Position numbers and translations under genes: made by a program. Positions 28,788 to 37,337 of a DNA stretch of 64,000 nucleotides are shown here, piece after piece. This DNA is from an archaeon (GTDB lineage Archaea; Hydrothermarchaeota; Hydrothermarchaeia; JALTZZ01): assembly GCA_027051165.1 (NCBI GenBank), contig JALTZZ010000036.1, positions 5,050 through 69,049 of the forward strand. The letters run 5' to 3'. Under the pieces are notes generated by a model. The model saw only the letters and a program-made list of their open reading frames with translations, was not told the DNA's origin and ran no database searches. Position 1 is the stretch's first letter, and the number at the start of each line of letters is the position of its first letter.

Positions 28788-30111
28788 AGTTCTGCTCTTC
28801 TACGAGAAGGGCACTGTTGTCGTTAAAGGAAGCGTTGCGGTGCCACATGCAAGGTTCGATGATAGAATAAACGCTTTTAGAGCCCTTGCCATGTATTATA
28901 GGGATATCGTTGACTTTCTAAAAAGCTCAAGAATAAGCTTTGTTGACAAAGTTCTTAAAACAAAAAAGCCAAGAATAAAGCATCACGGATATATGCTTAG
29001 GGATTATCAAAAAGAATGCGTTGACAGGTGGTTTTTGAGCGGTAAAAGGGGTATAGTTGTTCTCCCCACCGGTGCGGGAAAAACTGTTGTTGCCCTTGAA
29101 ATTATATACAGGCTTGGGTGCTCAACGCTTGTTGTGGTTCCAACCATCGAGCTTCTTGAGCAGTGGTTTAGAGTGCTTAAAAAGGTGAGCGAAGATGTTG
29201 GCAGATATGGCGGCGGTTATAAGGAAATAAAGCCGATCACGGTAATAACATACGACTCCGCCTACTTAAACGTTCAGAATTTTGGGAACAGGTTTGAGCT
29301 CGTGATCTTTGATGAGGTGCACCACCTCCCGGCACCGAGCTATGCAACGATAGCTGAGATGCTTGCAAGTCCGTATAGGCTTGGACTTACCGCAACCCTT
29401 GAGAGGGAAGACGGCTTGCACGTTGAGCTCTATAGGCTTATTGGCGGTAAGGTTTATGAGGCGAAAATAGAGGAGCTTAAAGGAAGGTATCTGTCGGAGT
29501 TTGACATAGAGGTTGTGAGGGTAAGGCTCAGCAGGGAGGAAAAGAAGATATACAACGAGCTCAGGGAAAAATATTTAAAATTTTTAGAGAAGCACGATCT
29601 AAAAATGCCGGAGGATTTTGAAAAACTTGTGATGATGTCTGCGAGAAATAAAGAGGCAAGGGAAGCCTTAATTGCGAGAAATAAGGCAAGAAAAATTGCT
29701 TTCTGTGCGGAGAGGAAGATGGAGAAGCTTAAGGAGATTTTGAAGAAGCATAGAAATGACAGAATTATTATATTTACGGAGCATAACGATATAGTCTATG
29801 AAATATCGAGGAGGTTCCTCATACCCTTTATAACGCATAAAACTAATAAAAATGAAAGAAGGGAGGTTCTTGAAAAATTTAGGAGAGGAATATATAAAGC
29901 GATAGTTACATCCAAGGTTCTCGATGAAGGTATAGACGTCCCCGAGGCTAACATCGGTGTTATAATAAGCGGTAGCGGAAGCAGAAGAGAATTTAGGCAG
30001 AGATTAGGAAGGATATTGAGGAAAAAAGAAGGTAAGAGGGCGATACTATATGAGATAGTTTCAAGCGGAACGAGCGAAACGTTCACGCACAGAAAGAGGC
30101 ACAGAGATTAA
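28780..30111 (+). CDS. xpb: XPB/Rad25-family SF2 helicase
   Basis: PTGAGKT, DEVHH, GLTATLEREDG, LDEGIDVP, QRLGRILR; N-terminal ARFDDRINAFRA damage-recognition-like domain. Confidence 0.88.
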   Translation: MNRVLLFYEKGTVVVKGSVAVPHARFDDRINAFRALAMYYRDIVDFLKSSRISFVDKVLKTKKPRIKHHGYMLRDYQKECVDRWFLSGKRGIVVLPTGAGKTVVALEIIYRLGCSTLVVVPTIELLEQWFRVLKKVSEDVGRYGGGYKEIKPITVITYDSAYLNVQNFGNRFELVIFDEVHHLPAPSYATIAEMLASPYRLGLTATLEREDGLHVELYRLIGGKVYEAKIEELKGRYLSEFDIEVVRVRLSREEKKIYNELREKYLKFLEKHDLKMPEDFEKLVMMSARNKEAREALIARNKARKIAFCAERKMEKLKEILKKHRNDRIIIFTEHNDIVYEISRRFLIPFITHKTNKNERREVLEKFRRGIYKAIVTSKVLDEGIDVPEANIGVIISGSGSRREFRQRLGRILRKKEGKRAILYEIVSSGTSETFTHRKRHRD

Positions 30112-31133
30112 GATTTTGTTTCCCTTACCACTATGTTTTCGAGCCTGTTCATATCGTCTATGGAGCTGTTGAACTCTTCCGCAAGATTTTTCAGTCTTTC
30201 ATACTCTCTTCTCCTTACATCATCAACATAGCTCCAGTCAAAGCTCTTTCTAAACTCCCAGTATACCTTTTCAATCTCTTTCAGCAGTATTTTTCTGTAT
30301 CCATGCAAGCCGGCTATAAAGAAGCTGAAAGATCCAGCTCTCTTTTTCTTTATTATAAAGCTCAATCTTCCTTTATCGTTTAAATCTGCTAATGAATCGT
30401 ATAAAGCTGTTGCAAACATCTCTATTTTTGTCTTGGGATACATTTTTGCAATATTTTTATACGCCTCCAAACTCTCTTTTTCATGAAACTCTCCTATTTC
30501 GTGCCATATATAGCTCTCTATCTCCATGTCCACGATCCTCTCTACATCCTCTATGCTTGTGAGATCTGCATTGTAGTCCTTAAAAGCGAGCTTTAGGGCG
30601 TTTTCGAACATTAAGCTTTTTGCCTCCTCGACCTTGCTCCATATATAGAAGCTTGCAACCTCTCTCCTAACGTAGACCTCTCTGCTCTGAAGCATTGCTG
30701 TAGGGGCTAAGAGATCTCTTGCAAGCTCCCTCCCGCAGATGTAAACATCCAAGCCCTCTATGTTCTTTGTTTCTATTACCTCAGCCAAGAAGAACGACGG
30801 TTTGAGGGAGCCTAAGAAGCCGGCTCCGTATATATAGCCCTTTTCGAGATTCTCATTTATTTCCTTTACATCAAAGGGTTCGTATTCTTTTTTTCCTATT
30901 CTTATTTTTTCAAAGTTTTTGCTCATTAGAGAGTTCCAAAGCTTTTCTTTTTCTTTTATCCATGCAGAAACACTATCAAAATCAGCTTTTTCCCAAGGTT
31001 TAATTCCTTTTTCCCATTTATAAAGTTCAATAGCCCTTATTATAAAAGTGCAGAGAGATAAAGCCCCCCAGTTGTGAGCGTTTGCTATTTCGCAGTTTCT
31101 TTTAACAGCTTCAGCAACGTCTTTTATAGTCAT
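30108..31133 (-). CDS. Sfum_1244-like uncharacterised protein
   Basis: NCEIANA..SLC..YKWEKG..PW, PFDV..IN, YGAG..KPSFFLA, GRELARDL, HEIGE. Family recalled from motif pattern. Confidence 0.62.
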   Translation of the reverse strand: MTIKDVAEAVKRNCEIANAHNWGALSLCTFIIRAIELYKWEKGIKPWEKADFDSVSAWIKEKEKLWNSLMSKNFEKIRIGKKEYEPFDVKEINENLEKGYIYGAGFLGSLKPSFFLAEVIETKNIEGLDVYICGRELARDLLAPTAMLQSREVYVRREVASFYIWSKVEEAKSLMFENALKLAFKDYNADLTSIEDVERIVDMEIESYIWHEIGEFHEKESLEAYKNIAKMYPKTKIEMFATALYDSLADLNDKGRLSFIIKKKRAGSFSFFIAGLHGYRKILLKEIEKVYWEFRKSFDWSYVDDVRRREYERLKNLAEEFNSSIDDMNRLENIVVRETKS

Positions 31134-31460
31134 GATATTATAGTTATGTGACTTACGGTTTAATAAATTTATGCTCAAATTACTTTCATGGCTATAAAGT
31201 TGAGGGTTTAATTCTGTTCTTTAAATCAAAATCACGCTTGATGGTGAGCTCGAAACCTTTATTTAGCCTTGTGCTAACGGAAACCCTGCACTTATGCAGC
31301 TCTACGACACGCTTGACCTACTGTTCTTTATTGCAAAATTATTGCGAGAATGTAGCAGAGCTCTTTCTAAGAGAAAAAATTGTGTAAAGATGAATTAACT
31401 TTTTGTTTATAAAAATTAACAGATAATAATTTAAATAATAATATTAAAATATAGGTTATT

Positions 31461-32411
31461 ATGAAAAAATATTTTGTGGTAATGCTTCTAATTTCGATAA
31501 GTCTTTCATGCCTGAGAGGGGGTGCAGAAAGTTCTGAACAACTGCCGCATCAGAAAGCTTTTTTCAGCATAAATAATAAAGGGAAATATATTTTTGTAGG
31601 AACAGACAGCGGCATTGAAGTTTATAAATTTCAAAACGGAACATTGATTCGTATTTGCTCTAAGGAGTTAAATGCAACCGTGCACGATATAGAAATTTTT
31701 AGTGACTATGCTGTATTGTCCCTTGGTAGCAGCGGCATTGCAATAGGGAATATAAGCATGTTTATTGAAAATCCATATAACTACAGCTTCAAAATAATAA
31801 ATATAAATAACAACATACTTGACGCGGAGATTTATAAAAATTACATACTTGCTGGCGGGTTTATAGGAAATAAGATATATGTTTTTGATTTTGGTGGAAG
31901 AAACATTCTAAACATAACAATACCAGAGTATGGGTATGTGAGGAGGATAAAATCTATAGACGATGAAATATATGTGGCTGATTTTACTGGCGGTGTTTAT
32001 AAGCTGAATATATTTACAGACTACGGATTTTATTTTATGATAACAAAGCATTTTGAAACAAGCGGTGTAGCATATGATGTCGAAAAATTTGATGATAGAA
32101 GAATTATTGTTGCATGTTCATTAAAAGGTTTGGATGTTGTTAACAGCGAAAACGGGTCTCTGGAAAAGAATATTCCGGTAAACGGGTATGCAATACTAAT
32201 AAAGAGATACGGAGATAAGTTCTACATAAGCTTGGCTACTGGAGGACTGCTTGTAATAGATAGGGACATGTTTAAAATCTATAAAACAAAAGGAAATATA
32301 CTTGACTTTGTAGTTTTAGAAAATAAAACAGCTATAATTGCTGATTATTACCACCTTTCACTTCTTGATTTAACAACGGGGGAGGTGAGGAGTTATGAAT
32401 GTAAGGTGTAA
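31461..32411 (+). CDS. Exported (probable lipoprotein) beta-propeller, LVIVD-like repeats
   Basis: Signal peptide with Cys (ISLSCLRG); repeated units IFVGTDSGIEVY, IYVADFTGGVYKL, FYISLATGGLLVID, IIADYYHLSLLD. Confidence 0.65.
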   Translation: MKKYFVVMLLISISLSCLRGGAESSEQLPHQKAFFSINNKGKYIFVGTDSGIEVYKFQNGTLIRICSKELNATVHDIEIFSDYAVLSLGSSGIAIGNISMFIENPYNYSFKIININNNILDAEIYKNYILAGGFIGNKIYVFDFGGRNILNITIPEYGYVRRIKSIDDEIYVADFTGGVYKLNIFTDYGFYFMITKHFETSGVAYDVEKFDDRRIIVACSLKGLDVVNSENGSLEKNIPVNGYAILIKRYGDKFYISLATGGLLVIDRDMFKIYKTKGNILDFVVLENKTAIIADYYHLSLLDLTTGEVRSYECKV

Positions 32412-33828
32412 AATAATAATCATAATAGCATTGGTTGTTTATATCACGATTTTTGGAATATTTTACTATATCGCTAAATCGCAGGAGAAGCAGCTTACAA
32501 ACGTTTTAAAAGAGCAGGCAAAGGGAATTGCACAGTCAATTAAACTTGTAAGATACTGGGCTGCGGAAAATAGGGAACTTATAGTTCCAGTTCCAGCTAA
32601 GCTGACGTATGAACTTGCAGAGCTTTCCAACAAAAAATACAACTACAAAATTGGACTTAAATCGAATAAAATAAGGAATTATAAAAATGCTTTGAGTTCT
32701 GAGTTCGACTACAGAAGCTACTATGCATTTATGAATGGAAGAGATGAATACTACATGTTTTCGGATGGAAAATTTATGTATGCGGTTCCGTTGAAGGTAG
32801 AGGAGCCATGTTTATACTGTCATATAGATCAGGGGTATCGTGCAGGCGATCTACGAGGCATTCTCGTGGTTGAGCTTCCTATTGATGAAATAGAAAGGCT
32901 TAAACAGGAAAATAAGAGAAAAATCTTCCTTTTAGCTCTTTTCTCAGCTCTAATAGTTTCCGCATTTCTATATATACTTCTAAGCAGATTTGTTATTGAC
33001 CCGGTGTATAAGCTGAAAGATGTTGCGGAGGAAGTTATGAGGGGAAATTATGATGTTAGAATTAAAAAGAAAAGCGAAGATGAGTTTGGCATGGTATTTG
33101 AAGCCTTTGATAAAATGGTTAGAGAAATAAAGAAAAGAGAAGATGCTATAGTTAGAGCGGAGAAGCTTGCAACGATAGGGAAGATAACATCGGGAATCTC
33201 CCACCAGATAAACAATCCGCTTGCTAACATAATGCTCTACGCCCAGCTTCACAAAATGGAATGCAAGGATAAAAATACAATAAAGGTTCTTGACATAATT
33301 GAAAAAGAAGCAGAAAGAATAGCGAAAGTTGTTAGAAGCCTTTTGGAATATGCTAAAGAGAGGAAAATCAAAAAGAAAATAGTAAAGCTGAGCGACGTAA
33401 TAAACAGTGCATTGGAAATTTTAAGTCCGCTGATGAAGAATATTACTCTCGTAAAAGATTTGAACGACAAAATATATGTGAATGCGGACTTTATAAAGCT
33501 CAGAGAAGCTATTTTAAACATTGTAATTAACGCAATAGAAGCTGTTTCTAATAAAAAAGATGCAAAAATCGTTATAAAGACCTATGTTGATGCATCAAAC
33601 AGCTCGCAGAGGGCAGTGATAGAAGTATCGGACAACGGAATTGGAATTCCGGAGAGCCACTTATCAAAGATTTTTGATCCTTTATTCTCAACGAAAAAAG
33701 ATGGAACTGGTTTAGGATTGGCTATAACTTACGAAATAATAAAGGATCATGGGGGAAATATTAAGGTTGAAAGCAAGGTTGGTGCGGGAACGAAATTTAT
33801 AATAGAACTTCCGATGGTGGTATTATGA
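32395..33828 (+). CDS. Membrane sensor histidine kinase with extracytoplasmic heme-c (DUF3365-like) sensor, HAMP, HisKA and HATPase_c
   Basis: Two TM helices flank PLKVEEPCLYCH..GYRAGDLRG; HAMP KSEDEFGMVFEAF; H-box ISHQINNPL; N, G1 (DNGIGI), F and G2 (GTGLGL) boxes. Confidence 0.9.
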   Translation: MNVRCKIIIIIALVVYITIFGIFYYIAKSQEKQLTNVLKEQAKGIAQSIKLVRYWAAENRELIVPVPAKLTYELAELSNKKYNYKIGLKSNKIRNYKNALSSEFDYRSYYAFMNGRDEYYMFSDGKFMYAVPLKVEEPCLYCHIDQGYRAGDLRGILVVELPIDEIERLKQENKRKIFLLALFSALIVSAFLYILLSRFVIDPVYKLKDVAEEVMRGNYDVRIKKKSEDEFGMVFEAFDKMVREIKKREDAIVRAEKLATIGKITSGISHQINNPLANIMLYAQLHKMECKDKNTIKVLDIIEKEAERIAKVVRSLLEYAKERKIKKKIVKLSDVINSALEILSPLMKNITLVKDLNDKIYVNADFIKLREAILNIVINAIEAVSNKKDAKIVIKTYVDASNSSQRAVIEVSDNGIGIPESHLSKIFDPLFSTKKDGTGLGLAITYEIIKDHGGNIKVESKVGAGTKFIIELPMVVL

Positions 33829-34451
33829 CCAAGAAGATTTTGGTTGTGGAGGACGATCAGAATCTTAGGAATGGGTTGGAGATGCTGCTTAAAACAAGAG
33901 GTTATGAAGTAAAGACCGCAGAAAATGGTGCAAAGGCTTTGGATATGCTAAGGAAAGAGGATTTCGATTTAATAATTGCAGACTTAATAATGCCAGAGCT
34001 TGACGGCATGGAGCTATTAAGAATTGCAAGGAAGATGTGTCCGCATACAAGTTTCATCGTAATAACGGCTTATGGAACTGTGGAGAGTGCAGTTGAAGCT
34101 ATGAAGCTTGGTGCATGTGACTATATTCTTAAACCGTTTAAAATAGACGAGGTCTATTCGAAGGTTCTAAAAGCACTTGAGGAGGTAAAAATAAGATCCG
34201 AGAGAAGAGTTATTGACGAGTGTTCTTTTAAGTGTCTTTCAAATTCCATAAGAAGGTCTATTATAAGATTTTTATCGAAGAACGAGAAGGCACGCTTCGT
34301 GGATATAATGAACGCGGTTAACATTAAAGATTCAGCGAAGCTGAGTTTTCATTTAAAATTTTTAAAGAAGCACGGTGTTATAGATAAAGATGAAACCAAA
34401 TTTTATTATTTAACATCAAGAGGAAAAATGTTAGCAGAGCTTTTATCATAG
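33825..34451 (+). CDS. Response regulator, receiver + winged-HTH output domain
   Basis: ILVVEDD, DLIIADLIMP (phospho-Asp), ITAYG, KPF; C-terminal LSNSIRRSIIRFL..SAKLSFHLKFLKKHGVI..YYLTSRG. Confidence 0.88.
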   Translation: MTKKILVVEDDQNLRNGLEMLLKTRGYEVKTAENGAKALDMLRKEDFDLIIADLIMPELDGMELLRIARKMCPHTSFIVITAYGTVESAVEAMKLGACDYILKPFKIDEVYSKVLKALEEVKIRSERRVIDECSFKCLSNSIRRSIIRFLSKNEKARFVDIMNAVNIKDSAKLSFHLKFLKKHGVIDKDETKFYYLTSRGKMLAELLS

Positions 34452-34495
34452 TCTCTTTATTTTTATGCTTTTATTCGATATTTAATAAAAAGTTA

Positions 34496-34567
34496 TTTAC
34501 AAACTTGTAAATGCGGATTTCAAAAAAGAATATAAATAACTTTTATTAAAATTTAAAGTGGGGATGT
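34496..34567 (+). promoter_or_regulatory. Palindromic operator + BRE/TATA + RBS upstream of the octaheme nitrite reductase
   Basis: TTTACAA-AC-TTGTAAA (34496-34511), AAAAAAG followed by AATATAAATA, then AGTGGGGATG; paralogous to 37263-37333. Confidence 0.6.
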
Positions 34568-34570
34568 GGT

Positions 34571-36451
34571 ATGAGATACGGTGTGGTTGTTGTTTCTATG
34601 CTCTTGGCTATGGTAGTGATGCTTGGAACAGTAAGTGCAGCAGTTAAGGAACAGTGTAAAACATGTCATAGCGATATGTATGGCTTCTTGCAGGAGGGTA
34701 AGCACAAGACTCATGATTGCAGTCTATGCCATGGAGATTCTACAAAGCAGCTGCAGGATCACATGTCAAATCCAAAGAAAACAAAGCCTTCAATAAAACC
34801 GCTGGAAGAAGGACCTAAATTCTGTGGGCAGTGTCATGAAAAATACTATGAGCAGTACAAAGATATAAACTGGAAGTCTATTGCAAAAATTGAGAAGGCT
34901 AGCCCAGTAGGTAGAGCACCAGCATTTGATCTATTACTCCACAGATACGGATTCGTGTTCGAGCATGCTGAGCCAAGAAGCCATGTATTCATGCTACTCG
35001 ATCATGTGATCGTTGACAGGGGTTACAAAGGAAGATTTAGACTTAAGGACTACAGTCTATTTGTTCCGCCAGAAGGATGGGACGGTGACATAACACCGCT
35101 AATTGTTGATACAAAGAAGAACAATCCTTACAGTGGTAGAGCTGATGTGAAGGGTCTGAAACCATGGGTCGCTGGAGCTGGGAGCACTATATGTCTGCAG
35201 TGTAAGACAACTGATATGGTAGTTGGCTGGGAAACGATAAGCAAAGGTGGAAACAAGACCGGTTATGCAAAGTTCATGAGGTGGGGTAATGCAAAAACCG
35301 CGGAGCTTATAGCAGCGGGTAAGATAAAGAGATCTCTAAACTGCGTCCACTGCCACGATCCACACATGACAAAGATGAGAGTTATAAGAGATGCACTTAT
35401 AGAAGCGGTAAAGAAGAAAGGTCCATTCCCATACGATAAAGAAAAGAATGAAAAAGCTAAGAAGCTTTACAAGATAGTGGCATTCCCAAGCGTAAAGAAC
35501 AACTACAGAGAAATTATTGTATGGGATGCCGATGCTAAGGATCCAAAGCTAAACTGGCTAACGTGTGCGCAGTGCCACGTAGAGTATGAGTGCAACCCAG
35601 TTACAGATGTGAAGACGGATAAGAAAGTAAAGCATGAGGAAGATCCAAGGACAAACATATTCCCATGGGTAAACGTCAACGAAGTCTACGACTACTACCT
35701 CAAGGAAGTCGGTATCTACACATTTAAGCATGGTATCACAAAAGCTAAGCTTATAAAAGCCCAGCATCCAGAGGTTGAGGTATGGTGGGAAAGCAAGCAC
35801 GAAAAGAACAACGTTGACTGTATAGACTGCCACATGCCAGAGATCGATGGCATAGCGTTCCACTCGCCAAGAAGCCCACAAGATATAGGTGTTGATAAAA
35901 CATGTTTGAAGTGCCACAAAGAGTGGGATGTGGAGCAAGCTAACTACGTAATTGAGTCAATACAGGAATACAGTAAGGGTAAGATGAGAGACGCTGAGTT
36001 CCACCTATCAAGACTTGTTGACAGGATAAAGCTTGCCGAGCAGATAGGAGTTGATCCAGCGAAGATAGAAGAAGCGAGAGAATTGCATGCAAGAGCACAT
36101 ATACTATGGGAGTGGTGGACCGCTGAAAACAGCGACGGATTCCACGATCCAGATGAAGCTTGGCTAACGCTTGGCGAGGCTTCAAGACTCGCAGAGAAAG
36201 GCTGGAAGATGCTTGACGAAGAGATAAAGAAAAAGATGGAGGAGCTGCAGGCTAAAATAGAAAAAGCACCAGCTGAGAAGGTTCCAAAGGCTGAGGAAGT
36301 CGTTCCAAAAGTTGAGAAGCCGGCTCCAGAAAAGCCAGCAGAGGTAAAGCCACCAGCAGAAGAGAAGAAAGGCATCTGCGGTCCAACAGCTATTATAGCA
36401 CTTGCAATGCTACCTCTGGCTGGATACCTTGCTCTAAAGAGAAGAAGATAA
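34571..36451 (+). CDS. nrfA: Octaheme cytochrome c nitrite reductase (NrfA/TvNiR-type) with CGP-CTERM anchor
   Basis: Signal peptide; CKTCH, CSLCH, CGQCH, CLQCK (Lys-ligated active-site heme), CVHCH, CAQCH, CIDCH, CLKCH; LIKAQHPEVE; AENSDGFH; Pro/Glu/Lys linker then GICGPTAIIALAMLPLAGYLALKRRR. Confidence 0.9.
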   Translation: MRYGVVVVSMLLAMVVMLGTVSAAVKEQCKTCHSDMYGFLQEGKHKTHDCSLCHGDSTKQLQDHMSNPKKTKPSIKPLEEGPKFCGQCHEKYYEQYKDINWKSIAKIEKASPVGRAPAFDLLLHRYGFVFEHAEPRSHVFMLLDHVIVDRGYKGRFRLKDYSLFVPPEGWDGDITPLIVDTKKNNPYSGRADVKGLKPWVAGAGSTICLQCKTTDMVVGWETISKGGNKTGYAKFMRWGNAKTAELIAAGKIKRSLNCVHCHDPHMTKMRVIRDALIEAVKKKGPFPYDKEKNEKAKKLYKIVAFPSVKNNYREIIVWDADAKDPKLNWLTCAQCHVEYECNPVTDVKTDKKVKHEEDPRTNIFPWVNVNEVYDYYLKEVGIYTFKHGITKAKLIKAQHPEVEVWWESKHEKNNVDCIDCHMPEIDGIAFHSPRSPQDIGVDKTCLKCHKEWDVEQANYVIESIQEYSKGKMRDAEFHLSRLVDRIKLAEQIGVDPAKIEEARELHARAHILWEWWTAENSDGFHDPDEAWLTLGEASRLAEKGWKMLDEEIKKKMEELQAKIEKAPAEKVPKAEEVVPKVEKPAPEKPAEVKPPAEEKKGICGPTAIIALAMLPLAGYLALKRRR

Positions 36452-36482
36452 ATTCTCCAATTTTTTCTTTTTATTATTTTGT

Positions 36483-37226
36483 ATGAGTTTTAAACTTAAA
36501 CTAATAATAATCCTAATATCCTTTTCTATACTGCTGGTAGCATGCAATCTTTTCGAGAAAAATTCTAAGAAGAATTTTTATGAGGGATTCTACGAAGGAT
36601 ACATGCAGGGGTTATCTCAGGGTTATAAAGAGGGTTATGAACTTTCGTGCACAGAAAAAATATTTCCGGAGATCGTGAGAAAAGAAGGTGTAATAGTGAG
36701 AAAATTTGACGTTGGCGACTACATAGTAAATGTTAGAATAAGCACGAGAAAATACTTCTACTACAAATTTAAAGAAGAGGAAAATCTTTCCGAATACATT
36801 ACCCCAAATGAAAGCGAGATAAAGGAGCTTGCCTTAATTCTAAGAAAGCTCTATCCAGATGATGAGGATTTCGCAAGGATTTGCTTAAAAATAGTCCAGC
36901 AGATAAAGTATGAGGATGATATAACGGCTTTTAATGTGAAATTTCCGGTAGAAACGCTTGCCGAGGGAAGCGGAGACTGCGAGGACTTGGCAATACTCCT
37001 TGCCTCGTTGCTTAGAGCTGGTGGACTAAACGCAAGCCTCGTAGTTTTCGATGCCCATGTAGGGGCTGCTGTAAACCTTAAAAATTTAAGAAAAATACCA
37101 AAAGATGGAGCTTTCTTTCTTGAATACAATGGAAAAAAATTTTACTACTGTGAGCCACAGGAAAATTTCGATATCGGTGAAATGCCCAAAAAATATATAA
37201 ACAGCACTGCCAAGCTTTTGTTTTAA
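36483..37226 (+). CDS. Lipoprotein with transglutaminase-like cysteine protease domain
   Basis: LLVACN lipobox-like; GSGDCEDLAILLASLL, AHVGAAV, YYCEP (Cys-His-acid triad order). Confidence 0.68.
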   Translation: MSFKLKLIIILISFSILLVACNLFEKNSKKNFYEGFYEGYMQGLSQGYKEGYELSCTEKIFPEIVRKEGVIVRKFDVGDYIVNVRISTRKYFYYKFKEEENLSEYITPNESEIKELALILRKLYPDDEDFARICLKIVQQIKYEDDITAFNVKFPVETLAEGSGDCEDLAILLASLLRAGGLNASLVVFDAHVGAAVNLKNLRKIPKDGAFFLEYNGKKFYYCEPQENFDIGEMPKKYINSTAKLLF

Positions 37227-37262
37227 AAATTTCGGTAGCAAAGCTTTTTATGTTAACTATTG

Positions 37263-37333
37263 TTTACAAATTGTTAATTTTTATTTTAAAAAAGCATATA
37301 TATTACTTATTTATAAAAAATAGAGTGGGGATG
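37263..37333 (+). promoter_or_regulatory. Second copy of the upstream module, in front of the Reeler-nap operon
   Basis: TTTACAAATTGTTAA, AAAAAAG followed by CATATAT, AGTGGGGATG, with spacing within 1-2 nt of the 34496 copy. Confidence 0.55.
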
Positions 37334-37337
37334 GTGG

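Noticed and set aside
27437-30111. Intein in thyX or xpb
   Set aside because: The thyX insert is only about 25 aa with no intein splice motifs, and XPB has normal length.
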